64,000 nucleotides of DNA from Eubacteriaceae bacterium (GCA_034927505.1 JAYFPY010000004.1:13735-77734); one strand, 5' to 3'. Counted from the stretch's first letter, positions 1-13,041 are shown. A program made the numbers and translations. Notes: a model not told the origin generated them from the sequence alone.

Positions 1-805
1 GCACGATGCCTATTGCGAACAGTGCCGATTGATGCGCAGGTGTTGCATAACTCATTTCCATTGCTATAGTTCCTGTCATTGTTGCCACTGATGATGTCAG
101 GCCCGTCGGCAGTACTGCCATGTTGCCCGTTACCATCAGGACTGCCATTGTTTCTCCTATTGCTCTGCCCATGCCCAGGATCGCCGAAGAGAATATGCCC
201 GACTTTGCCGCCGGCAGTATCACCTTTGTGATAGTTTCTCTCTTGTCAGCACCCATGGCCAGGGAAGCTTCCCTGTATTCATTGGGAACTGCCGCGATAG
301 CGTTCACCGAGATGCTCACTATGGTCGGCATTATCATTATTGCCAGGATGATCGCTCCTGCAAGGATCGAAAATCCCGTTGTATCTGTGCCGGGATCTAT
401 TGCCTTAGCTATAGTTCTGATCACCGGTACCAGAACTATCAGACCAAAGAACCCGTAAACTACTGATGGTATTCCGGCCAGCAGTTCAATTGCCGACTTG
501 AATAGTGAAGCCTGTCTTTTACCAAGCATTTCGGCCAGAAAGACCGCACAGCTCACTCCCAGAGGAACACCTATTATCAAAGCTCCCAGCGTGACAGCCA
601 TGGTCCCCGCTATCAGGGGGAGTATCCCGTACTGCCCGTTGCCCGGCGACCAGGTGGTCCCCGTTATAAAGCTGAGCGGTCCGTTTTCTGCCATGGCCGG
701 GAGGCCTTTGCTGAAAATGAATATGGTTATGAGAGCTACCGCTGCCACACTGACAGCGGCACATATGAATATTAATTTTTCTATTACCTTTTCACTGCTC
801 TTCAT
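1..805 (-). CDS. pstC: phosphate ABC transporter permease PstC (3' end leaves window)
   Basis: Absent from the ORF track because it runs off the window. Manual minus-strand translation from the ATG at 805 (AAGGAAG 6 nt upstream) gives MKSSEKVIEKLIFICAAV...LLAGIPSVVYGFFGLIVLVP...EYREASLAMGADKRETITKVILPAAKSGIFSSAILGMGRAIGETMAV, which contains the PstC-type EAA loop. Lies directly downstream of pstS. Confidence 0.85.
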   Translation of the reverse strand, partial: MKSSEKVIEKLIFICAAVSVAAVALITIFIFSKGLPAMAENGPLSFITGTTWSPGNGQYGILPLIAGTMAVTLGALIIGVPLGVSCAVFLAEMLGKRQASLFKSAIELLAGIPSVVYGFFGLIVLVPVIRTIAKAIDPGTDTTGFSILAGAIILAIMIMPTIVSISVNAIAAVPNEYREASLAMGADKRETITKVILPAAKSGIFSSAILGMGRAIGETMAVLMVTGNMAVLPTGLTSSVATMTGTIAMEMSYATPAHQSALFAIGIV

Positions 806-814
806 TTTTCTTCC

Positions 815-1726
815 TTATTTCGATTCTGATACCGGAATGTATCCGGCTTCTTTCACTCTTGCCTGACCTTCATCGCTCATTACATAATCTATGAAAGCCT
901 GTGTTGCATCGTCAACTTCATCGCCTACTGCATATATGAACGGTCTTGATATTTTGTATGTCCCGTCCAGAACTGTTTCTGCGCTGGCCTTCACATCTTC
1001 TACTGTTACTGCCTTTACTGTTTTATCTACAGATTCCAGCGATACGTATCCTATGGAATTCGGCGTGGATCCTACAGTCTTTACTACTGCTCCGGTTGAT
1101 GACTGCACTATTGCATCCTTTGTCGTATTGTCAGTCTCTTTGCCGCTGTCATCTTTGGTCAGTACGCCTGTGATCTCTGTAAAAGCTCCCCTGGTTCCCG
1201 AGCCCTCTTCTCTGCTGACAGTTGCGATAGAGGCGTCATCTCCGCCTACATCTTTCCAGTTTGTAATCTCGCCTGTATATATCTTTTTGATCTGGTCCAG
1301 TGTCAGGTTGTCTACACTCACATCTTTGTTTACTACTACTGCAACTCCATCTTTTGCTATTGTGTACTCTTTGCCTACAGAGCTTTTTTCTTCATCGGTG
1401 ATGTCTCTGGACAGAGCTCCTATCTGTGCGATCCCGTCGTTGAGTGATTTGACTGCCTGTCCGGAGCCGCCTCCCTGTACATCGATCTTCACATCACTGT
1501 TGTCCTTCTGATAATTTTCTGCCAGGAACTCCGACAACGGCTGTACCGATGTGGATCCTGCTATTGTTATTTTCCCGCTGCTGTCGGAACGGTTCGCCTT
1601 ATCCGAGCTGCCGCTGCTGCCGCATCCCGTCAATGCCGCGATCCCTATTACGGCCACCAGACCGACTGCTATGAGAGATTTGATCCCTCTTCCGTATTTT
1701 GTTTTTTCTCTTTTTGTCTTCTCCAT
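815..1726 (-). CDS. pstS: phosphate ABC transporter substrate-binding lipoprotein PstS
   Basis: The ORF 815..1840 contains AGSTSVQPL and GGGSGQAV PstS-family motifs. I place the start at internal MEKTKREK (1726), which has a GAGGAAGAG SD and is followed by the lipobox LTGC. The longer ORF would include a terminator hairpin at 1807-1834. Confidence 0.85.
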   Translation of the reverse strand: MEKTKREKTKYGRGIKSLIAVGLVAVIGIAALTGCGSSGSSDKANRSDSSGKITIAGSTSVQPLSEFLAENYQKDNSDVKIDVQGGGSGQAVKSLNDGIAQIGALSRDITDEEKSSVGKEYTIAKDGVAVVVNKDVSVDNLTLDQIKKIYTGEITNWKDVGGDDASIATVSREEGSGTRGAFTEITGVLTKDDSGKETDNTTKDAIVQSSTGAVVKTVGSTPNSIGYVSLESVDKTVKAVTVEDVKASAETVLDGTYKISRPFIYAVGDEVDDATQAFIDYVMSDEGQARVKEAGYIPVSESK

Positions 1727-1799
1727 TTTCTCTTCCTCTTTTTCCTTTCTTCTCTGCGCCGCCCGACGCCCTTTTCTTTTACCTTTGTTATTCTTTATA

Positions 1800-1834
1800 C
1801 CAAAAGAATACCCCCTTTGTGTTAAGGGGGTATT
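1800..1834 (-). terminator. rho-independent terminator after the lipoprotein gene
   Basis: Perfect 11-bp stem AATACCCCCTT / AAGGGGGTATT (1807-1817 / 1824-1834) with a 6-nt loop, followed on the minus strand by CTTTTG. Confidence 0.65.
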
Positions 1835-1884
1835 AAGCATCCTGTTAGATTTCTATTAAAAATGTTAATATTTTGTTAAGCCGA

Positions 1885-2523
1885 TCAGTCGTCACCTTTT
1901 GTCTGATCGGTGATGCTGTATCCGGACGGAACTTTGAACAGGCTTTCATCCACCTTGTTGTCGATGGCATTGACTTTCATCTGAGTCTCTGTGCTGTCAT
2001 TCTTTGCAATGATATAGCACAGCGTATCTCCGTCATAACAGAAGATCGCCGAATCATCTTCATTGGCAAACTCTTCTGTGTCATATGTCTTGCCGTCGAT
2101 CTCTTTTGTGCCTTCCGTACATTTGGACTTGTTGATATCATCAGAAATGTCCGCCATTTCTTCCATACTGTCTTCAAGCCCGAGAGTATCATCATCCGTT
2201 TTGTATCCCACTTTTGTGTCAGGCATAAGAGCGTAGAAATCTTCTCCGTCGTCCAGTGCGATCACATGCTGATCATCAACTGTCGCATCAGCATACAGTT
2301 TGTCGCCTTTGATCTGGAAATCCATTTTTACAGTCTGCTTGCTGACAGTCATCTCCACGTCCATGTGTATCCCCGTGCTTTCAGTGATGCCGTCATATAC
2401 CTTTGCTGTCTTTGTCTGCGGCGCAGTCTCCTCACTGCTGCTCCCGCCGCTGTTCCCGCCTCCGCAGGCCGTCATCGCCAACGCCACTGTCATTGCCAGC
2501 ACCAGCATAATAATCTTTTTCAT
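1885..2523 (-). CDS. hypothetical acidic lipoprotein
   Basis: Start at MKKIIMLVLAMTVALAMTAC (AAGGAGG SD, lipobox MTAC), followed by a Gly/Ser linker. No recognisable catalytic motif. Confidence 0.7.
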   Translation of the reverse strand: MKKIIMLVLAMTVALAMTACGGGNSGGSSSEETAPQTKTAKVYDGITESTGIHMDVEMTVSKQTVKMDFQIKGDKLYADATVDDQHVIALDDGEDFYALMPDTKVGYKTDDDTLGLEDSMEEMADISDDINKSKCTEGTKEIDGKTYDTEEFANEDDSAIFCYDGDTLCYIIAKNDSTETQMKVNAIDNKVDESLFKVPSGYSITDQTKGDD

Positions 2524-2602
2524 AAATACCTCCTTTATAACCAACAAATTATACTTATTGAAATTATACCATGAAACCTTGCTGTCGGTAAACGGATTCT
2601 AC

Positions 2603-2636
2603 AAAAAAGGGCCGCCCATATCGATCGACCCTTTTT
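2603..2636 (-). terminator. possible terminator after the V-ATPase operon
   Basis: Weak GGGTCG...CGGCCC hairpin flanked by an A-run and a T-run (AAAAAAGGGCCGCCC...GACCCTTTTT), just downstream of the ntpD stop. Confidence 0.4.
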
Positions 2637-2674
2637 CAATATATCGAGCATTTGCTCTTGTATAACGTTTTCTA

Positions 2675-3379
2675 TTATTCGCCTTTGCTCTGTGCCTTGA
2701 AATCCTCTATGGCCGCAGCATCCCGGGCCTTTTTCTTTTCAATAGCTTCATGGAGCATCATGTCTTTTACTTTCATAAGACGGGTCTGATTGCCTCGCTC
2801 ATTTTCATCCAGTTTCATCGTTATGTATTTGATGGTGATCTCAAGACGGGGGATCATGACATATTCCAGTGCATTTACACGACGTCTTGTTTTCTCCAGT
2901 TCCGCGGCCAGCAGCGCAGTCTCCTTTTCCTTTGCAGCCAGATCCAGCAGCAGCGGAAAGATATCCGACAGTTTAGAAATGGCGTTGTCCAGTTCACCCG
3001 ATGTACGTGCGAATCCATACGGAAAGATATCTGCAGGATCGGCGGCTGTAGTCTTGAATGAAAAATCGGGAACATCCACACTCATTATGTTTCGGCTTCC
3101 CACTGACAGCTCCACGCCCTGTTTCGGAAACATCAGCGCTTCTTCCATAACTTCCAGACTCATAATGGCCCCGGCGATGGAAAAACTCTTATACACCAAA
3201 GCCAGCTTTTTCTCGACCTCTTCACGAAGCCTTCCGTTTTCTCTGGCCAGATCCAGGAATTCCTTCATCAGCTCATCCCGTTTGTCCTTCAGGAGCTTGT
3301 GGCCCCTTGCTGCTGTGGACAGGCGGCGCTTGAGTGAAGTCAGCATCATCCTGGTCGGATTGACATTCATTCTTTCCAT
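2675..3379 (-). CDS. ntpD: V-type ATP synthase subunit D
   Basis: N-terminus MERMNVNPTRMMLTSLKRRL and a coiled-coil-rich sequence typical of V/A-ATPase subunit D. Last gene of the ntp operon. Confidence 0.9.
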   Translation of the reverse strand: MERMNVNPTRMMLTSLKRRLSTAARGHKLLKDKRDELMKEFLDLARENGRLREEVEKKLALVYKSFSIAGAIMSLEVMEEALMFPKQGVELSVGSRNIMSVDVPDFSFKTTAADPADIFPYGFARTSGELDNAISKLSDIFPLLLDLAAKEKETALLAAELEKTRRRVNALEYVMIPRLEITIKYITMKLDENERGNQTRLMKVKDMMLHEAIEKKKARDAAAIEDFKAQSKGE

Positions 3380-3389
3380 TACTGCTCAC

Positions 3390-4757
3390 CTACCCTATGT
3401 ATTTCTCTATCAGCTCGTCCTTGATCCTCTTCAGCTCTGCCTTCGGCAGCATCCTGAGAAGCTCCCAGCCGATATCCAATGTCTCTTCGATAGTCCTGCC
3501 GTTTTCGTACCCTTGCGAAACATATCTTTTTTCAAACTCTTCACTAAAACGTGCAAAGGTCAGATCCACATCAGTCAAAGCAGCTTCTCCCAGGATAGCC
3601 ATCAGTTCCAGATTTGATTTGCCCTGAGCATAAGCCGCAAACAGCTGGTTCATAGTATCTGCGTGGTCTTCTCGGGTCTTGCCTTCACCGATGCCCTTGT
3701 CCTTCAGTCTTGAAAGAGAAGGAAGAACATCTATAGGCGGTCTGATCCCTTTTCTGTAAAGCTCCCTAGACAGGATTATCTGTCCTTCTGTGATATATCC
3801 TGTAAGGTCCGGTATCGGATGGGTTATGTCATCCTCCGGCATTGTCAGTATAGGTATCAGCGTTATGGATCCTGCGTGTCCTTTCATCCTGCCGGCTCGT
3901 TCATACATGGTGGCCAGGTCAGTATAAAGATATCCCGGATATCCTCGCCTGCCCGGCACTTCTTTTCGTGCTGCCGATACTTCACGAAGAGCCTCTGCAT
4001 AATTGGTTATGTCAGTCATTATTACCAGTACGTGCATGTCCAGTTCGAAAGCCAGATACTCGGCTGCCGTCAGTGCCATTCTCGGCGTGGCTATTCTTTC
4101 TACCGCCGGGTCATTGGCCAGGTTCATGAACATTACTGTTCTGTCTATGGCCCCTGTACGTCTGAAATCCGATGCGAAATAATCGGCTTCCTCATAAGTG
4201 ATGCCTATTGCTGCGAAAACAACAGCGAAATTCCCTGCATCTCCCGGCACTCTTGCCTGTCTGGCGATCTGCGCCGCCAGTTCTGCATGAGGCAGTCCGC
4301 TTCCTGAGAATATCGGCAGCTTCTGACCACGGACCAGGGTATTCAGCCCATCTATGGCAGATACTCCCGTCTCGATGAACTCAGCCGGATAGTCACGAGC
4401 CGACGGATTCATCGGCAGTCCGTTTATATTCAGTTTCTTCGAAGCGATTATGTCGGGGCCGCCGTCTCTGGGATTTCCCATGCCATCGAACACTCGTCCC
4501 AGCATCTCCGGGGATACGGCAAGCTCGGTCCCTCTGCCGGAAAATCTTACAGCACTCTCCTTCAGGTTGATGCCGGCTGCACTTTCAAACAACTGCACCA
4601 ACGCATCGCTGCCGTCGATTTCCAGGACTTTGCAGAGCCTAGTCTCGCCGTTGGGAAGAACGATCTCTCCCAGCTCGTCATATGTAACGCCTTCCACATC
4701 CCGGACCAGCACCAGAGGGCCGGCCACTTCCGATATGGTCTTATATTCTTTTCTCAT
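3390..4757 (-). CDS. ntpB: V-type ATP synthase subunit B
   Basis: 455 aa with the conserved V/A-type B core ([26 protein letters not shown]). ATGA overlap with the ntpA stop. Confidence 0.95.
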   Translation of the reverse strand: MRKEYKTISEVAGPLVLVRDVEGVTYDELGEIVLPNGETRLCKVLEIDGSDALVQLFESAAGINLKESAVRFSGRGTELAVSPEMLGRVFDGMGNPRDGGPDIIASKKLNINGLPMNPSARDYPAEFIETGVSAIDGLNTLVRGQKLPIFSGSGLPHAELAAQIARQARVPGDAGNFAVVFAAIGITYEEADYFASDFRRTGAIDRTVMFMNLANDPAVERIATPRMALTAAEYLAFELDMHVLVIMTDITNYAEALREVSAARKEVPGRRGYPGYLYTDLATMYERAGRMKGHAGSITLIPILTMPEDDITHPIPDLTGYITEGQIILSRELYRKGIRPPIDVLPSLSRLKDKGIGEGKTREDHADTMNQLFAAYAQGKSNLELMAILGEAALTDVDLTFARFSEEFEKRYVSQGYENGRTIEETLDIGWELLRMLPKAELKRIKDELIEKYIG

Positions 4758-6529
4758 TGTTCTTCGTCCTCCTCACTGATCAGCTCCGATATTTCCTTTT
4801 TCAATTCCGCGGCGGTATCTTCATATGCCTTAGGCACATCTTTTTCTTCTATATATTTGAATCTGCCGATAGTTTCTCTCACCGGCAGAGCAGCCAGTTG
4901 ATTGAAAGCAGCTCCCTTGCCGATAGCCTGTACGGAAAGTTCGTAGTATGACATGATCAGACGCAGCAGTTTGCACTGCTTGTCCGGTGAAGCAAATGTA
5001 TCCACATCGTGGAACGCATTCTGATGAAGATAGTCCTCACGAATGGATTTGCACGCCTCCAGCTTTATCCTGTCTTCGAATGAAAGGGCATCTACGCCGA
5101 CCAGCTGTACTATTTCCTGCAGCTCGGCTTCCTCCTGCAGCAGCCTGATGGCATTTTCACGCAGTTTTGGAAATTCCGGATCTACATTCTCCTCGTACCA
5201 GCCCGCCAGCCTGTCCACATAAAGCGAATAACTGGACAGCCAGTTGATAGCCGGAAAATGTCTGGCATAAGCCAGCTGAGCATCCAAAGACCAGAACACT
5301 TTTACTATACGCAAAGTTGCCTGGGATACCGGCTCGGAAATATCGCCTCCCGGAGGAGATACCGCGCCTATGGCAGACAGCGCCCCCGGGCGTCCTTCTT
5401 TGCCGAGAGATATAGTCCGGCCGGCACGTTCATAGAACTGAGCCAGACGGGAAGCCAGATAAGCCGGATACCCTTCTTCGCCCGGCATCTCTTCCAGACG
5501 TCCGGACATTTCTCTCAGGGCTTCGGCCCATCTTGAGGTGGAGTCGGCCATCAGCGCCACCGAATATCCCATGTCTCTGAAATATTCAGCAATGGTTATG
5601 CCTGTGTATATGGAAGCTTCACGTGCCGCAACCGGCATGTCTGATGTATTGGCTATCAGTACAGTCCTCTTCATCAGAGACTCGCCGGTCCGAGGATCTT
5701 TCAGTTCAGGAAATTCGTTGAGAACTTCCGTCATCTCGTTTCCTCGCTCGCCGCATCCGATGTACACGACTACATCTGCATCCGCCCACTTGGCCAGCTG
5801 ATGCTGCACTACTGTTTTACCTGAACCGAATGGTCCCGGTACTGCGGCAACTCCGCCCTTTGCTATCGGGAAAAAGGTATCGATGACTCTCTGCCCTGTT
5901 ATAAGCGGCATGTCCGGCATCAACTTTTCCTTATACGGTCTTGCCACCCGGACAGGCCATTTCTGTATCATGGTGATGTCCGATATGCTGCCGTCTTCTC
6001 CTTTGACACGGCACACCGTTTCTTCAATTGTAAAGCTGCCGCTCTCAATGGATTCGATCTTTCCTTTTATCCCTTTGGGAACCATTATTTTCTGTTCTAT
6101 CACGACCGTTTCCTGAACAGTCCCTATGACATCTCCCTCGACGACTTCTTCTCCGGCAGAAACTACAGGGACAAAATCCCATTTCTTTTCTCTGTCCAGA
6201 GGAGCCGCCTGAACGCCTCTTGTGATGTTGGTGCCGTATTTTTCATACATGATCTCCAGCGGTCTTTGTATGCCGTCGTAAATACTTTCGATCAGTCCCG
6301 GTCCCAGCTCCGCCGAAAGCTGTGCTCCGGTGGATACGACAGGTGCCCCCGGTCCCAGGCCTGCTGTGTCTTCATAGACCTGAATGGAAGCCATGTCTTC
6401 TCTCATTTCGATTATTTCTCCGATAAGTCCCAGATCGCCTACTCGCACTACGTCGAACATATCGGCATCCTGCATGCCCGAAGCTACGACCAGCGGTCCC
6501 GAAACCTTTACTACTTTTCCCTGACTCAT
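4754..6529 (-). CDS. ntpA: V-type ATP synthase catalytic subunit A
   Basis: 591 aa. Walker A GPFGSGKT, plus [10 protein letters not shown] and [22 protein letters not shown] motifs. Confidence 0.95.
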   Translation of the reverse strand: MSQGKVVKVSGPLVVASGMQDADMFDVVRVGDLGLIGEIIEMREDMASIQVYEDTAGLGPGAPVVSTGAQLSAELGPGLIESIYDGIQRPLEIMYEKYGTNITRGVQAAPLDREKKWDFVPVVSAGEEVVEGDVIGTVQETVVIEQKIMVPKGIKGKIESIESGSFTIEETVCRVKGEDGSISDITMIQKWPVRVARPYKEKLMPDMPLITGQRVIDTFFPIAKGGVAAVPGPFGSGKTVVQHQLAKWADADVVVYIGCGERGNEMTEVLNEFPELKDPRTGESLMKRTVLIANTSDMPVAAREASIYTGITIAEYFRDMGYSVALMADSTSRWAEALREMSGRLEEMPGEEGYPAYLASRLAQFYERAGRTISLGKEGRPGALSAIGAVSPPGGDISEPVSQATLRIVKVFWSLDAQLAYARHFPAINWLSSYSLYVDRLAGWYEENVDPEFPKLRENAIRLLQEEAELQEIVQLVGVDALSFEDRIKLEACKSIREDYLHQNAFHDVDTFASPDKQCKLLRLIMSYYELSVQAIGKGAAFNQLAALPVRETIGRFKYIEEKDVPKAYEDTAAELKKEISELISEEDEEQ

Positions 6530-6852
6530 TTATCATTACCTCCAAACAGTATGTCTGCGCCTACGGCTCTTTTCACCGCTTCTCTCACATTCCTGATACC
6601 ATTGCCGGATGCTCCGTCTTTGTTTGGTATGGGAATGATCGCAGGCAGACGCAGGTCCTTGTATTTGTCTGTTTCTTCTTCTATTTCTGCGGCAAGTCCC
6701 TCGGTGATATATATGATAGCGTATTCCTCGCCTGCCAGTTTGCCTACCAGCTCTGCAGCATGTGCGGCTTCCTCGCAGGGGAACACATCCAGACCTACCG
6801 CTCTGAACCCGGTCACCGTATCCCTGTCGCCTATAACGCCTATTTTATACAT
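6526..6852 (-). CDS. ntpF: V-type ATP synthase subunit F
   Basis: 108 aa, [24 protein letters not shown], typical of subunit F. 4-nt overlap with ntpA. Confidence 0.85.
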   Translation of the reverse strand: MYKIGVIGDRDTVTGFRAVGLDVFPCEEAAHAAELVGKLAGEEYAIIYITEGLAAEIEEETDKYKDLRLPAIIPIPNKDGASGNGIRNVREAVKRAVGADILFGGNDK

Positions 6853-6864
6853 TGCTATTTCTCC

Positions 6865-7872
6865 TTATACATACGGTATGCGCAAAAGTCTTGTCACATC
6901 TTCCGCCGAAGATCCTGTCAGTTTCCCGTGCAGTATCATTCTAACATTGTCCAGCTCCCCCTCCTTGCCGTACCAGAATCCGGCAATCGGTTCTATGCCG
7001 GTGGTCACGAAGAAAGCTTTTTTGTTGTGTTCCATGAGAGCATCGTCCAGCAGTTTTTCATAAAGGATAAAGTCGCCGTCTTCATCCAGCTCGCGGCCTC
7101 CTTCGGCGAGAGCCTTTTTCAGACCTCCGTCTATCATACGCTCCGCGATCTGAGAAAAAGATTCTTCGTAGCATCCCAGGAAAAAATCTTCCCTGAGGCT
7201 GCCTCCTTCAATGAAAATCTTCTTGAAAAACGACCAGGGCCTGTCTATGATCCTAAGCCTGGCAAAAGACTTCAGGTTCAAAGTATCTATTTTCATTTCC
7301 ATGAAGTCTGTCAGAAACTCCGATTCAGTCTCTCTTACCGAGTCCGCCATGTCTTTGTAACAGGCCTTGTCCAGTATAAGATCTATCTCCTGCGGATCGC
7401 CGCCCCGCCCGTACATGTCCAGTGCCTCTGTCACGGCATCCCTCATAACGAGACGCATCCTGTCGTAATTCCGCTCCCGGATCATTGCCACCATCTCCAT
7501 CCAGTCGATGTCTCCTGTAGATATGAGATAGTTATCGTCGGGAGTGATCCCCAGCAGTTCCGATTTCAGACACACCTTTATGTTGTGATAATCAAAAGGA
7601 AAAAGATAAGGTGCCATTTCTTCTCTGCCCGTCAGATTCTTGAAGATCATTTCGAACAGCTTTGTCTGCTCTCTTCTTATGAACGCCTCTACATCGCCGT
7701 CAGCCAGTTCTTTTGATTCTCCGTACCCGAACTCCTGCAGCACTGATACTGCCGAAGAAAGATCGGGACAGTTCACCATTCTGATCAGATCCTGCCATTT
7801 CATCAGTCTGCTGGCGTAGCACCCCGTATAAGCATCTGCAAATACATATTCGTCTTCATTTCTGACTGCCAT
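6865..7872 (-). CDS. ntpC: V-type ATP synthase subunit C (V0 d-like)
   Basis: 335-aa helical protein lying between the E and F genes in the canonical ntp order. Confidence 0.8.
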   Translation of the reverse strand: MAVRNEDEYVFADAYTGCYASRLMKWQDLIRMVNCPDLSSAVSVLQEFGYGESKELADGDVEAFIRREQTKLFEMIFKNLTGREEMAPYLFPFDYHNIKVCLKSELLGITPDDNYLISTGDIDWMEMVAMIRERNYDRMRLVMRDAVTEALDMYGRGGDPQEIDLILDKACYKDMADSVRETESEFLTDFMEMKIDTLNLKSFARLRIIDRPWSFFKKIFIEGGSLREDFFLGCYEESFSQIAERMIDGGLKKALAEGGRELDEDGDFILYEKLLDDALMEHNKKAFFVTTGIEPIAGFWYGKEGELDNVRMILHGKLTGSSAEDVTRLLRIPYV

Positions 7873-8470
7873 TTTGATCCTCCTGATCCCCGAACAGCAC
7901 TGCCGCGATTTCCGCTGTCAGGTCATTTCTGATCTCCTTTGCTATAGCTTCAATGGAAGCATTGTACCAGGTGCTGCCTTTTCTGATCATAAGCCCACCG
8001 ATGATATCCGCAGTTTCTTTTGAAACAGTGAATCCACCGCCGGTCGCTCCGTCTTTCAGTTTTGCAGTCAGCTTGTCTCCCAGTTCTTCCATGTCTTTTT
8101 TGTTCAGTATTATTTCACCTTCCGTCAGCCCGGAAGCACGCACCGTTCCTGAAAGAAACTCCAGATACTCATCACGGTCTCCCGGCTCCGCCACTTTTTT
8201 CATAGCCGAGTCAAAGCACTCGTCGATGATCTTCTGCTTTTGCTCCAGTATGATGTTCCTGCCGTCGATAGCCGCTACTGCACGTCTGCTTTCCAGCTGT
8301 TTCACTTTGTCTCTCTGCCCGTCTTTTTCAGCCCGAGCAGTTTTTTCTTCAGCTTTTTCCCTGGCGCTTTTTGTAATGGCCTCGGCCTCGCGAACAGCCT
8401 GCAGCATTTCCTCTTCGGCTTCCTTCCGGGCATCATCCGTTATTTTGGAAATGATTTTTTCTATGCTCAT
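7856..8470 (-). CDS. ntpE: V-type ATP synthase subunit E
   Basis: 204 aa with a long charged N-terminal helix (KEAEEEMLQAVREAEAITKSAREKAEEK) and a globular C-terminus, in the expected operon position. Confidence 0.8.
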   Translation of the reverse strand: MSIEKIISKITDDARKEAEEEMLQAVREAEAITKSAREKAEEKTARAEKDGQRDKVKQLESRRAVAAIDGRNIILEQKQKIIDECFDSAMKKVAEPGDRDEYLEFLSGTVRASGLTEGEIILNKKDMEELGDKLTAKLKDGATGGGFTVSKETADIIGGLMIRKGSTWYNASIEAIAKEIRNDLTAEIAAVLFGDQEDQNGSQK

Positions 8471-8487
8471 TTCTTCACATCCTTTGC

Positions 8488-10979
<2,492 letters not shown>

Positions 10980-10993
<14 letters not shown>

Positions 10994-11306
10994 CGGTCCT
11001 CACGATCCTTTCTGCTATCAACGCGGCGGCCTGTTCCTTTTTTGCTGCAGCCTTTTCAGCTATACTGCCGCATTCAGATTTGGTTTTTTCAAGATATTCC
11101 TTATATTCTTTTTCGGCCTGCTGTCTCCCCTCCTCGATCAAAGCATCATAGTCCTGTTTCGCCTTCTTCTCGGCTGCCGCGACTATGTCATCTGCTTCTG
11201 CTCCGGCCTGCGCGATCTTTTTCCTGGATTCTGTTTTTGCATTTTTCGATATCTTTTCGGCCTCATCTTCGCTGCTTTTGATTTTGGATAATTCGTCCAT
11301 GAACAA
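10980..11306 (-). CDS. V-type ATPase small peripheral-stalk subunit (G/H-like)
   Basis: About 105-aa Ala/Glu/Lys-rich coiled-coil protein, the first gene of the operon. AAGGAGG SD. The start is TTG 11306 or ATG 11300, not the track's GTG, which lies inside the SD. Confidence 0.6.
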
Positions 11307-11398
11307 TTCGCTCACCTCCTTGCTCCGGCTTTAGATCCTATAAAAAATGCAGCCCTTACATTTTTTCGGATCTGCAGTCGGCAACTTCCTTATATTCA

Positions 11399-11426
11399 AT
11401 TATACTATGTTTATCAGATAAGTAAA
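11399..11426 (-). promoter_or_regulatory. candidate promoter of the ntp operon
   Basis: Minus strand reads TTTACT-16 nt-TATAAT in the AT-rich 260-bp intergenic region. An AU-rich hairpin (GATCCGAAAAAATG...CATTTTTTATAGGATC) lies in the leader. Confidence 0.3.
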
Positions 11427-11575
11427 TAATTGTCTGAAAATTAACAAGGATTTTTTAACAATTTTGCTGTTATATATTTATTGATATGTGGCTATTTTTA
11501 GAAATTTAATGTTAATATATGGTATTTGTAATAACTTTTAAGCTGCCATTTGCGCCTGTGGCTGACCTTTTGTGT

Positions 11576-12733
11576 TCAGTCAGCCGGGCGCATCATTTTG
11601 TTCTTTACGAACCATCTGGCCGGTTTGAATCCCGGTACTTCCAGACGGCGTTTAACTTTTTTCATCATATCCGGAATCGGTATGGACTGGGGACAGTGCT
11701 CCAGACACTTCCCGCACTGCCTGCACACGCTCGCATATGACGGTTCTTTCGAAAATGCTGTGATCATGAAATACTCTTTGATCCCGTGGAAATATCCGTC
11801 CATATAGCTGGAATTATAGCAGCGGAAACAGGCCGGAATATTGACCCCGAAGGGACACGGCATGCAGTATGCACATCCTGTGCATCCTATTTTTATGCTG
11901 TTGTTTATGCTTTTACACAGTTTTTCATAAAACTCAAAGTCCCCATCCGTCAGACTGTTCTCCGGAGTATTTTCAGCGACTCTGACATTTTCATCGATCA
12001 TTTCGACGGAATTCATTCCGGAAAGGACCATAGTCACATCCGTCTGATCCCACAGCCACTTCAACGCCCACTCTGCGGCAGATCTGCCATGCTCTTCTTT
12101 TTCGATCAGTTCCTTTGCTTCCCCGGGAAGCCGGTCCACCAGCAGCCCGCCTCTCAAAGGTTCCATTATAAATACCGGCACGCCCTTTTCCGCCGCATGC
12201 TCTACGCCCGCCCGTCCGGCCTGACTGTTTTCGTCCATATAGTTGTACTGGACCTGGGCGAATTCCCAGTCATAGGCATCGATCAACTCCATGAAGTTTT
12301 TATTGCCGCCGTGATATGAAAAGCCGATATGCCCTATGGCACCCGAATTCTTCTTTCTTTCGATCCAGTCCGTGATCCCCAAATCGACGAGCCGGTCCCA
12401 CGTCCCAACATCTGGAAGCATGTGCATCAGATAGTAGTCTATATGATCTGTCCGCAGTCTCTTCAGCTGTGTATCGAAATACTTGTCAAAGTCTTCCGGT
12501 TTTTTGAGCATATAGTTGGGGATCTTGGTTGCGATCTTCATCCTGTCCCGGCAGTCGTTCCTTTCGATGATCTTTCCCAGCAGTTCTTCGTTTCCCGAAT
12601 ATATATATGCCGTATCAAAATAGTTTATCCCGCTGTCCAGTGCATGCATTATCATGTTTTCAGTTTTCTCAAGATCTTTGGGCAGGCGCATGCAGCCAAA
12701 ACCCAGTCTCGATATTTCGTTTTTATATATCAT
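11576..12733 (-). CDS. aldo/keto reductase with C-terminal 4Fe-4S domain
   Basis: MIYKNEISRLGFGCMRLP... AKR fold, with a C-terminal CTGCAYCMPCP and CRQCGKCLEHCP ferredoxin-like Cys cluster. The track ORF (to 13003) is over-extended by 90 codons across the promoter region. Confidence 0.85.
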   Translation of the reverse strand: MIYKNEISRLGFGCMRLPKDLEKTENMIMHALDSGINYFDTAYIYSGNEELLGKIIERNDCRDRMKIATKIPNYMLKKPEDFDKYFDTQLKRLRTDHIDYYLMHMLPDVGTWDRLVDLGITDWIERKKNSGAIGHIGFSYHGGNKNFMELIDAYDWEFAQVQYNYMDENSQAGRAGVEHAAEKGVPVFIMEPLRGGLLVDRLPGEAKELIEKEEHGRSAAEWALKWLWDQTDVTMVLSGMNSVEMIDENVRVAENTPENSLTDGDFEFYEKLCKSINNSIKIGCTGCAYCMPCPFGVNIPACFRCYNSSYMDGYFHGIKEYFMITAFSKEPSYASVCRQCGKCLEHCPQSIPIPDMMKKVKRRLEVPGFKPARWFVKNKMMRPAD

Positions 12734-12833
12734 AATATTTTCATTATACCACTTATGCAATCCAACTACACGAGCGGTCTTTTCGAGTGCGAAGAGCCCC
12801 GGCAGATGCTGTTTGCTGAATGTAAACAGCATC

Positions 12834-12876
12834 GGTGCTCGGTCGCCTGTTTTTTGCACGACCGAGCACCTTTTTT
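12834..12876 (+). repeat. terminator-like hairpin element, copy 1
   Basis: Perfect 12-bp inverted repeat GGTGCTCGGTCG / CGACCGAGCACC with a 13-nt loop, followed by TTTTTT on the plus strand. Confidence 0.6.
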
Positions 12877-12948
12877 CAACGTTTCTAAGGGTCAAGCCAA
12901 GACAAACCCTCTTCGCCATCTGCAGTAACCGCTGCAGCCCACGAAATC

Positions 12949-12990
12949 GGTGTCGTGTAAGCATTTTTTTGCACGACCGAGCACCTTTTT
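12949..12990 (+). repeat. terminator-like hairpin element, copy 2 (degenerate left arm)
   Basis: The same right arm and tail as copy 1 (GCACGACCGAGCACCTTTTT), 115 bp downstream. The left arm GGTGTCGTG lacks 5 nt relative to copy 1. Confidence 0.5.
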
Positions 12991-13041
12991 CCGATACGCA
13001 CACCGTTTGCAGAAAATCAGCCCCCGTGATATTCTTGACCT

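Noticed and set aside
120-1511. Plus-strand ORFs 120..458, 498..866, 891..1511 and 946..1173
   Set aside because: They are antisense shadows of pstC and pstS. Their products are low-complexity or hydrophobic, with no SD and no recognisable motifs. The same applies to most plus-strand track ORFs between 1.5 and 33 kb and to many alternative-frame ORFs elsewhere.
815-1840. 341-aa version of the pstS ORF, starting MLNTPLTQRGYSFGIKNNKGKRKGRR
   Set aside because: The first 38 codons span a perfect 11-bp terminator hairpin (1807-1834) and have no SD. The internal MEKTKREK start has an SD and gives a normal lipoprotein signal peptide.
11560-11585. 7-bp hairpin GGCTGAC...GTCAGCC at the 3' end of the AKR gene as a terminator
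   Set aside because: No U-tract follows it on the minus strand, and one arm lies inside the coding sequence.
11576-13003. 475-aa version of the aldo/keto reductase ORF
   Set aside because: The extra 90 N-terminal codons cover the promoter and hairpin-repeat region, and their product (MCVSEKGARSCKKMLTRHRFRG...) is not AKR-like. AKR homology begins at MIYKNEISRLGFGCMRLP.
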